The translations under genes were made by a program, and so were the position numbers. Shown here piece after piece: positions 57,201-64,000 of a DNA stretch of 64,000 bases. Position 1 is the stretch's first letter. Each line of letters opens with the position of its first letter. This DNA is from Solimonas sp. K1W22B-7 (GTDB lineage Bacteria; Pseudomonadota; Gammaproteobacteria; Nevskiales; Nevskiaceae), in contig NZ_CP031704.1 in assembly GCF_003428335.1 (NCBI RefSeq), positions 4,474,071 through 4,538,070 on the forward strand. The letters are read 5' to 3'. A model generated the notes under the pieces. It made no database searches. It was not told the DNA's origin and saw only the letters and a list, made by a program, of their open reading frames with translations.

Positions 57201-58091
57201 TTGACCGCCGACCCGATCACCACGATGTTCTTGCCGATAGCGCTGGGCATCATCATGTTCGGCCTGGGCCTGTCGCTGCGCGTGGACGATTTCACCCGCG
57301 TGCTGAGGTACCCCAGGGCGGTCCTGGTAGCCCTGGCCTGCCAGATGCTGATCCTGCCGGCCGCCGGTGTCGGCATCGCCCACCTCTTCGGACTGCCGCC
57401 GGTGCTGGCGGTGGGCCTGATGCTGCTGGCGGCCTCGCCCGGCGGCACCTCCGCCAACCTGTACAGCCACCTTTCCCACGGCGATGTCGCGCTCAACATC
57501 ACGCTCACCGCGGTCAACTCGGTGTTGGCCATGATCACCATCCCGATCATCGTCAACCTGTCGATGCTGCACTTCATGGAGCAGGGCCAGTCGCTGCCGC
57601 TGCAGTACCAGAAGGTCATTGAGCTGTTCATGATCGTGCTCGGGCCGGTGCTGCTGGGCATGCTGCTCAATGCCTGGCGGCCGAAGTTCGCGGCCGTGAT
57701 GAGCAAGCCGGTCAAGCTGCTCTCCGTGGTGGTGCTGCTGGCCGTGATCGGCGTGGCCCTGTTCAAGGGGCGCGGCGCCATCGGCAGCTACTTCGCCGTC
57801 CTGGCACCGGCCTGCCTGGCCTTCAACCTGCTCAGCCTGGCGGTGGGCTACGGCGTGCCGCGGCTGCTGAAGCTGAACGAGCGCCAGTCCATCGCCATCG
57901 GCATGGAGATCGGCATCCACAACGGCACCCTGGCCATCGCCATCGCGCTGTCGCCGCTGATGCTGAACAACTCGGACATGGCGATGCCCGCGGTGGTCTA
58001 TAGCGGGTTCATGTTCTTCACGGCCGCGGCCTTTGGATTCTGGGTTAACCGCAAAGGCCGCGTGGGCTCGGCGATTGTGTCAAATAGTTAA
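57201..58091 (+). CDS. Bile acid:sodium symporter (BASS) family transporter
   Basis: Eight or more transmembrane segments with BASS signature regions (GLMLLAASPGGTSANLYS). TTG start after AGGAGA; ATG at 57225 is an alternative. Confidence 0.8.
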   Translation: MTADPITTMFLPIALGIIMFGLGLSLRVDDFTRVLRYPRAVLVALACQMLILPAAGVGIAHLFGLPPVLAVGLMLLAASPGGTSANLYSHLSHGDVALNITLTAVNSVLAMITIPIIVNLSMLHFMEQGQSLPLQYQKVIELFMIVLGPVLLGMLLNAWRPKFAAVMSKPVKLLSVVVLLAVIGVALFKGRGAIGSYFAVLAPACLAFNLLSLAVGYGVPRLLKLNERQSIAIGMEIGIHNGTLAIAIALSPLMLNNSDMAMPAVVYSGFMFFTAAAFGFWVNRKGRVGSAIVSNS

Positions 58092-58161
58092 ACAAAGACT
58101 TTTTATTAAATAGAAAGAAGGCGGCGCTCTCGGCGCCGCCAAACCCCACGTCGTTGGTTCC

Positions 58162-59088
58162 TCAGAACAGCTCGCCGGACCGCACACCGCTCTCCCTCGC
58201 CGCCAGTTCTGCCGGCACGCCATCGAGCAGTTCGCACAGCGCCGCGGCATTGAGGAAGTTGTTCGCCACCGCCGGCGGAATGCCGGCGGTGCTGGCCAGT
58301 TGCCCCGGGGTCATCGGCGCCTGCAGCAGCAGCGCACTGCAGCGCAGGTCCGACTTGCGCCCACCCACGGTGCCGAAATCCGGCCGCCGCCGCAGGCCAT
58401 AGGCCCGCGCCTCGCTGAGCCGGCGCAGCAGTCTCCCGCCCGAGGTGGCGACGCCGATGGTCCACAGCGGCGCCTCCCAGGCATGTTGCTGCGGCGTGAT
58501 CGCCTGCAGCTTGCGCAGCGCCGCATAGTCATCGGCGCGCAGCAGCTGGATCTCCACGCCCGGCGCCAGCAGCCGCGCGATCTCGTCGCCATCCAGCGGC
58601 AGCGGCCAGCGCAGCGCGGCCTCCGCCGGCAGCAGCAGGCCGCGGCGCTCGCCGGTCAGCAAGGCAACCCCACGCACGCCGGGGCTGTGCAGCGCCTCGT
58701 CGATGCGCTGGCAGAGGCTGTCGCCCACCGGCTCGCGGCGCGGCGCGGGCAGGACCTCGGAGGCATGGTCCAGGCAGCGGATCAGGCGACTGGCACCGAA
58801 GGGATGGCGCAACCGCCGCTGCGCGTCGGCGGTCTCGCCGTCGCAGGGCACGAACAGCTGCCGCGGCGACGACGGCGACTCGCGCCGCTGCAGCGCCTGC
58901 GCCAGCGGATTGCCCGGCTCGTAGATCACCACGTCCGCCGCCAAGCCTTCGCCGAAGGCCCAGGGCTCGCGGGTCCTGCCGTCGAGCAGGGCCAGGGTCG
59001 CTTTCAGCGAGCGCTCGGCACGCCAGTCGACCCCCAGGCAGGCGAGGCGGCGGGGCTGGACCGTGTTCTTGGGGCTCAGGACGGGCAT
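58162..59088 (-). CDS. Uncharacterised protein, paralog of 50532..51512 (orphan copy)
   Basis: 308 aa, collinear similarity to the first conservon-module gene. No GTPase or Roadblock partners adjacent. Confidence 0.6.
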   Translation of the reverse strand: MPVLSPKNTVQPRRLACLGVDWRAERSLKATLALLDGRTREPWAFGEGLAADVVIYEPGNPLAQALQRRESPSSPRQLFVPCDGETADAQRRLRHPFGASRLIRCLDHASEVLPAPRREPVGDSLCQRIDEALHSPGVRGVALLTGERRGLLLPAEAALRWPLPLDGDEIARLLAPGVEIQLLRADDYAALRKLQAITPQQHAWEAPLWTIGVATSGGRLLRRLSEARAYGLRRRPDFGTVGGRKSDLRCSALLLQAPMTPGQLASTAGIPPAVANNFLNAAALCELLDGVPAELAARESGVRSGELF

Positions 59089-59204
59089 ATGTAAGCCTTT
59101 TGCCTATTTGATAGTAGGTAAAAGATGACATACGACTGTGGATAAATCGCCCGCCGGAGGGACCGGCGGTACAGGAAGCGGCGATGGCCGGTCGGCTGCC
59201 GCGG

Positions 59205-59615
59205 CTACTGCCAGCCCACCACCTCGTAGCCCTTGTCGCCCAGGCAGCGGTTCACCCAGGCCATGTAGACCGGGCTGGGCTGGTTGCTGCGGAACAGGCC
59301 GCGCACCAGGCCGGTGGCCGCGCCCGCTGCGGCACCCGCTCCGGCGCCCCGGCCGACATTGCCGTAGACCGCCCCCGCTGCCGCACCGCCAACCCCGCCG
59401 ATCACCGCGCCGCCGGCGGTGGAGCGCGCCACCTGGTCGCCGCCACGGCTGAGATCGGCCGATTCCGCCTGCTGGATGCAGGCCTGCACCGCCGCGTCCT
59501 GCGCGGCCTTGCCGGCGAGCTGCGAGGTGGCGTTGGGATAGATCACCGGCCGCGCGGTGGCGCAGCCGGCGAGCAGGAGGGTCAGAAACAGCGGCAGCAA
59601 GGCATGGCGTGGCAT
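59205..59615 (-). CDS. Glycine-zipper (Gly/Ala-rich) lipoprotein
   Basis: MPRHALLPLFLTLLLAGC lipobox; GGAVIGGVGGAAAGAVYG glycine-zipper segment. Confidence 0.6.
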   Translation of the reverse strand: MPRHALLPLFLTLLLAGCATARPVIYPNATSQLAGKAAQDAAVQACIQQAESADLSRGGDQVARSTAGGAVIGGVGGAAAGAVYGNVGRGAGAGAAAGAATGLVRGLFRSNQPSPVYMAWVNRCLGDKGYEVVGWQ

Positions 59616-59689
59616 CGGAGGACTCCGCGCGGACGACCAGCCGATGCTAGCAGCCAACCGGCATCCAGTCCCCCTGGCAAAGATTTTCG

Positions 59690-59770
59690 GTCCGCAAATG
59701 GACGCAAATAAACGCGAATGGAAGCGTGCGGATTTGCGTTTATTTGCGTTTATTTGCGGACTGAAGTTTT
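59690..59770. promoter_or_regulatory. AT-rich composite palindrome with tandem GCGTTTATTTGC units
   Basis: GTCCGCAAATGGACGCAAATAAACGC...TGCGTTTATTTGCGTTTATTTGCGGAC. Lies downstream of the diiron-oxygenase operon and upstream of the lipoprotein gene. Confidence 0.35.
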
Positions 59771-59832
59771 GGCCGGTTTCGGCCCGACGGGGCTCCGGCT
59801 TTCGCCGGAGCGACAGGTTCTGTCCGCAGCTT

Positions 59833-61038
59833 TCAGTGTCCGACTGGCGCTTTATACGCCGAGATATCGCGAATCAGGTCCTCGCCGGTCAGCTGCGTCG
59901 CGTTCTTGCCGCCGAGGAAGCTGGTCAGCCCGGACCTGTCGTAGTGCGCCTTGATGCGGTCGCTCATCAGGCCGATGTATTCCAGGTTGGGGATCAGCCT
60001 CAGGAACATCAGGTGACGGAAGGCCGACATCGACGGCGCGTTCATCACCACCTCGTCCCAGTCCTTCAGCGACAGCTTGTGCTCGAACCATTCGTAGTAC
60101 AGCTCATGCGACAGGAAGCGGTTGCGCATCAGCAGCGCCACTTCATAGGCCCAGTCCTCGCGTTCGCGGCGCTCGGCCTCGGACAGTTCCGTCGAGATGT
60201 GCGCCTTCAGCGCCAGCACGCCATAGTGCACGTGGCGCGCCTCGTCCTGGATCACGTATCGGAGCAATTGCTTCAGCAGCGGCTCGCGGGTGAAGTTGTA
60301 CATGGTGCCGAAGGCGCCCAGCGCCAGGCCCTCCACCATGATCTGCATGCCGAGGAACTTCACGTCCCAGCGCGAATCGGTGAGCAGGTCGTCGAGGATC
60401 ACGAACAGGTTGTCGTTGACCGCATAGACCTTCTGCATCTTGGTGTCGAGGTAGCGCAGGAACACTTCCAGATGGCGGCCCTCGTCCATCACCTGCGTGG
60501 CACCGTAGAGCTTGCCGTCGAGCCATTGCACCGACTCGGTGACCTGCGCCGCGGCGTACAGCGCGCCCTGCTCGCCGTGCATGAACTGCGACAGCGTCCA
60601 TGAGGCCATGTCGGCGGCGAAGCGCAGCTTCTCCTTCTGGTTGAGGCGGATGCCCTTGGCCGCCAGGCCCTCGAAGGGCGGGTAGTCCAGCGGCATCACC
60701 GGCTTGTCCGGGTCTTCCGGATCGACGCTGGTGCTCCAGTCGAGGTCGCGGTCGCCATTCCACTGGTTGGCCACCGCGCGCCGGTACAGCTCGTACATCT
60801 CGGGGAAGTCGCCCTTGTAGGTCAGGTCGAAATGCGCGGCATGGCCGGACACCATCGGCACCGCATCGCCGCTGCGCGCCCGGCCCAGCACCAGGCCGCG
60901 CACCGCCGAGGGCGCCATCGACGCGGCGACCTTGACGTTGCCGACCGAGGCCAGCACGCCGAGATTGTCGAAGGTGCTGTAGATCTGGTTCTGCGCCTTC
61001 AGCGGCAGTCCATTGAGCATGCGATCAAGCATCATCAT
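59833..61038 (-). CDS. Ferritin-like diiron oxygenase (AurF/CmlI-like family)
   Basis: Two ExxH motifs (DEGRH, DEARH) plus additional carboxylates (HGEQ, VEGL) in a ~400-aa helical protein. Immediately downstream of a reductase. Confidence 0.55.
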   Translation of the reverse strand: MMMLDRMLNGLPLKAQNQIYSTFDNLGVLASVGNVKVAASMAPSAVRGLVLGRARSGDAVPMVSGHAAHFDLTYKGDFPEMYELYRRAVANQWNGDRDLDWSTSVDPEDPDKPVMPLDYPPFEGLAAKGIRLNQKEKLRFAADMASWTLSQFMHGEQGALYAAAQVTESVQWLDGKLYGATQVMDEGRHLEVFLRYLDTKMQKVYAVNDNLFVILDDLLTDSRWDVKFLGMQIMVEGLALGAFGTMYNFTREPLLKQLLRYVIQDEARHVHYGVLALKAHISTELSEAERREREDWAYEVALLMRNRFLSHELYYEWFEHKLSLKDWDEVVMNAPSMSAFRHLMFLRLIPNLEYIGLMSDRIKAHYDRSGLTSFLGGKNATQLTGEDLIRDISAYKAPVGH

Positions 61039-61056
61039 GACGTCGACTCCTTGCGA

Positions 61057-62133
61057 TTACGCTGCAACCGATAAAGGGCCCGTGGCGCAGGCCGAGCAGG
61101 CCAGCGTGTAACCCGCCGCCCGTTCCTCGGGCGACAGGCAGTTGGGTTCGTTGAGGGCCACTTCGCCCTCCAGCACCTGGATCTTGCAATGCGCACAGCC
61201 GCCCACCATGCAGCTGAACTGCAGCGGCAGGCCCTCGCGCAGCCCTGCTTCCAGGATGCTCTCGCCGGGCCGCTGCGTGACCACGCGGCCGGATTGCTTG
61301 AACAGGATTTCCTGCGGCAGCGTCGGCCGCGACTGCGTTTTCGGCGCCGCCAGGAAACGCTCGTGGCGGATGCACGCTGCCGGCACGCCGGCTTCGCGCA
61401 GCGCCGTCTCGGCTGTCTCCATCAGGCCGCCGGGTCCGCAGAGGTAGTAGTCCGCATCGGCCTGCACGCCAAGCAGCGCGACGATGCGCGCGGCGTCGAG
61501 GCGGCCGCGCTCGCCGTTCCAGCCAGCCTGCGGCTGCGACAGCACCTGCACCAGTTCCAGCGAGGGATGGTGCCGCGCCAGTTCGCGCAGGCGTTCGCCG
61601 AAGATGACCTGGTCCTGGCTGCGGCTGGCGTAGACCAGGCGGATTGCGCGGCGCGGATTTTTCGCCAGCGCGGTCTCCACCAGGCTGATCACCGGCGTGA
61701 TGCCGCTGCCGCCGGCGAGGAAACGCAGCGGGCCGTCACCCTCCTCCAGCAGGAAATCACCGGTGGGCCCAAGCAGGCGGTAGCGGCTGCCGACCTGCAG
61801 GGCGTCCTGGATATGCGAGGACACCCAGCCGCCGGGGATCAGCTTGATGGTGCAGGCCAGGCCGCCGCCCTCGGGCGCGCTCAGCGAGTAGGCGCGGCGC
61901 ACGGTCTGGCCGTCGATCTCGAAGCAGTGGGTGAAGTACTGGCCGGCGCGGAAGGCGGGCATCACGCCGTCCTCGGGTTCCAGCACCAGGGTCAGGGTCT
62001 CGGCGGTTTCGCGCCGCAGCTCGGCCACGCGCACCGGGCGCGGCGCATGTCCCGGCTGGGGCGTGCCCCAGCGCTTGGAAGGTCCCGCGCCGCGTGGGAT
62101 CAGGATCCGCCGCGGTCTGCCGAGTGCGAACAT
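61057..62133 (-). CDS. Ferredoxin-NAD(P)H reductase with C-terminal [2Fe-2S] ferredoxin domain (PaaE/oxygenase-reductase type)
   Basis: RRAYSL flavin-binding motif, GGSGITP NAD motif, C-terminal CMVGGCAHC...C plant-type ferredoxin cysteines. Confidence 0.8.
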   Translation of the reverse strand: MFALGRPRRILIPRGAGPSKRWGTPQPGHAPRPVRVAELRRETAETLTLVLEPEDGVMPAFRAGQYFTHCFEIDGQTVRRAYSLSAPEGGGLACTIKLIPGGWVSSHIQDALQVGSRYRLLGPTGDFLLEEGDGPLRFLAGGSGITPVISLVETALAKNPRRAIRLVYASRSQDQVIFGERLRELARHHPSLELVQVLSQPQAGWNGERGRLDAARIVALLGVQADADYYLCGPGGLMETAETALREAGVPAACIRHERFLAAPKTQSRPTLPQEILFKQSGRVVTQRPGESILEAGLREGLPLQFSCMVGGCAHCKIQVLEGEVALNEPNCLSPEERAAGYTLACSACATGPLSVAA

Positions 62134-62314
62134 CGTTCACCCCGAGTCTGTAGTTACTCCTCGAGGGCCAGCTTGCGAGCGATGCTGCGGATTGTCAAAC
62201 GATTGGTTAATTACACCAGAAATCCCGGCCCGGTCATTGCTGTAAGCAATATAGATTGCAATCACTCTCTATCTTTGTGTAAGGTGGGCGCATCAACCTG
62301 CCCCGGGACTCGCC

Positions 62315-64000
62315 ATGGCTTCCTTCGATGTAGTGATCCAGAACGGCCTCTGGTTCGACGGCACCGGCGCCGCGCCGGCACCGCGCCACCTCGGGATCCG
62401 CGAGGGCCGCGTCGCCGCGGTTTCCGGGGAGCCGCTGCCCACGTCCGGCGCCGAGGTCATCGACGCCCGCGGCCAGTGGGTGTTGCCCGGCTTCGTCGAC
62501 ATCCACACCCACTACGACGCCGAGATCCTGGTCTCGCCGGGCCTGCAGGAATCGGTGCGCCACGGCGTGACCAGCATCTTCCTCGGCAGCTGCTCGCTGT
62601 CGACCGTGCACGCCGACGCGCTGGACTGCGCCGATCTCTTCAGCCGCGTCGAGGCGATCCCGCGCGAGCACATGCTGGCCGCGGTGGGCGGGGTCAAGAC
62701 CTGGGACACGGCGGCCGGCTACGTGCGCCACCTGGAGTCGCTGCCGCTGGGCCCCAACGTCGCCGCCTTCCTCGGCCACTCCGACCTGCGCACGCACGTC
62801 ATGGGCCTGGGCCGCGCGGTGGACGATCGCGTGCGCCCCGACGAGGCCGAGCTGCAGCAGATGTCGAAGCTGCTGGAAGACGCGCTGGCCGCCGGCTTCC
62901 TCGGCCTGTCCTCCATGACCACGCCCTGGGACAAGCTCGACGGCGAGCGCTACCGCTCCCGGTCGCTACCGTCCACCTACGCCCGCTGGAAGGAGCACCG
63001 CCGCCTCAACCGTGTGCTGCGCCGCCAGGGCCGCGTGCTGCAGAGCGCGCCCAACACCACCAACCCGCTCAACTTCTTCCTGTTCCTGCTGGAGAGCTGC
63101 GGCTTTTTCATCCGCAAGGCGCTGCGCACTTCGCTGCTGGTGGCGGCCGACAGCAAGGCGGTGCCCTCCGGTACGGTGTTCGCGCTGCTCGGCGGTGTCG
63201 GCTTCGCCAATCGCGTGCTGCGGTCGAACCTGGTCTGGCAGCACCTGCCGGTGCCCTTTCAGGTCTACGCCGACGGCATCGACTTCGTGATCTTCGAGGA
63301 GTTCGGCGCCGGCCAGGCCGCGCTGCACCTGAAGGACGAGGTGCAGCGCAACAAGCTGCTGCAGAACGAGGCCTACCGCCGCCAGTTCCGCCGCCAGCTC
63401 GACGGCAGCTTCGACCTGCGCCTGTGGACGCGCGACCTGCATGACACCGAGATCGTCGCCTGCCCGGATGCCTCGGTGGTCGGCAAATCCTTCGGCCAGG
63501 TCGCTGACGAGCGCAGCATCCATCCGGGCGATGCCTTCCTCGACCTGGTCGTGGCGCATGGCCAGCAGGTCCGCTGGCGCATGACCATCGCCAATCACCG
63601 CCCGCAGGTGCTGGACCGCATCGCCAGCCACCCGGCGCTGCAGCTGGGCTTCGCCGACTCCGGCGCGCACCTGCGCAACATGGCCTTCTACAACGCCCCG
63701 GTGCGCTTCCTGCGGCGCGTGCAGGAAGCGCAGCGCGCCGGCCGGCCCTTCATGTCGCTGGAGCAGGCCGTGCACCGTCTCACCGGCGAGCTCGGCGCCT
63801 TCTACGGCGTGGACGCCGGCACGCTGCGCCTGGGCGACCGCGCCGACGTGGCGATCATCGACCCGGCGCAGCTCGACACCGGCGTCGATGCCCACCACGA
63901 GGCCGAGATGCCCGAGTTCGGCGGCATGCGCCGCCTGGTCAACCGCAGCGGCGCGGCGGTGTCCGCCACCCTGGTCGGCGGCCAGCTGGTCTACCGCGAC
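62315..64000 (+). CDS. N-acyl-D-amino-acid deacylase (D-aminoacylase) family amidohydrolase, 3'-truncated by window end
   Basis: DVVIQNGLWFDGTG...VLPGFVDIHTHYD metal-binding motif of amidohydrolase-3/D-aminoacylase. Continuous ORF to the window edge. Confidence 0.75.
   Translation, partial: MASFDVVIQNGLWFDGTGAAPAPRHLGIREGRVAAVSGEPLPTSGAEVIDARGQWVLPGFVDIHTHYDAEILVSPGLQESVRHGVTSIFLGSCSLSTVHADALDCADLFSRVEAIPREHMLAAVGGVKTWDTAAGYVRHLESLPLGPNVAAFLGHSDLRTHVMGLGRAVDDRVRPDEAELQQMSKLLEDALAAGFLGLSSMTTPWDKLDGERYRSRSLPSTYARWKEHRRLNRVLRRQGRVLQSAPNTTNPLNFFLFLLESCGFFIRKALRTSLLVAADSKAVPSGTVFALLGGVGFANRVLRSNLVWQHLPVPFQVYADGIDFVIFEEFGAGQAALHLKDEVQRNKLLQNEAYRRQFRRQLDGSFDLRLWTRDLHDTEIVACPDASVVGKSFGQVADERSIHPGDAFLDLVVAHGQQVRWRMTIANHRPQVLDRIASHPALQLGFADSGAHLRNMAFYNAPVRFLRRVQEAQRAGRPFMSLEQAVHRLTGELGAFYGVDAGTLRLGDRADVAIIDPAQLDTGVDAHHEAEMPEFGGMRRLVNRSGAAVSATLVGGQLVYRD

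Noticed and set aside
59735-59762. CRISPR array suspicion from tandem GCGTTTATTTGC units
   Set aside because: Only two 12-nt units with no spacers. Part of a larger palindrome. No cas genes in the window.

Overview
High-GC (about 68-70%) chromosomal segment of a gammaproteobacterium, most likely Xanthomonadaceae/Rhodanobacteraceae-like. The lineage guess rests on GTAG-terminated REP/REPIN palindromes of the 'SMAG' type plus a REP-associated tyrosine transposase (RAYT).

About 60 credible genes are present. Most long ORFs on the opposite strand of real genes are GC-driven shadow ORFs and were rejected.

Content is mostly housekeeping and accessory metabolism:
- Lipid enzymes: fatty-acid desaturase, lipase, WS/DGAT wax-ester synthase, sterol-desaturase-like hydroxylase, and several secreted esterases/hydrolases.
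- Other recognisable genes: OpgG/D, an ABC-F ATPase, CysH, MscS, Pfk, RsgA, an SPFH protein, RtcB, TauD, YajQ, a Hanks kinase with a PEGA-domain partner, Lhr helicase, a Zn-phospholipase-C-like protein, ThiC with its TPP riboswitch, a BASS transporter, a diiron oxygenase with its reductase, and D-aminoacylase.
- A Phd/Doc-type toxin-antitoxin pair.

The most interesting loci:
1. A kinase-less, rearranged conservon-like module (50.5-52.9 kb): a CvnD-type Ras-like GTPase, two Roadblock/LC7 proteins, and an uncharacterised 326-aa protein. That protein has a paralog 6 kb away.
2. A roughly 190-nt candidate structured RNA immediately upstream of rtcB, with long G•U-compensated stems. A tRNA-Glu-like element with a defective acceptor stem and a promoter/terminator-bounded small transcript lie nearby.
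3. Two low-GC single-gene islets carrying defence-like genes: an AbiGi/DUF2971-like gene at 10.2-11.0 kb, and an Rx4H HEPN-like gene at 34.2-35.3 kb placed between rtcB and a GIY-YIG nuclease.
4. At least three dispersed palindromic repeat families, including a REPIN copy that sits in-frame inside the lhr coding sequence.
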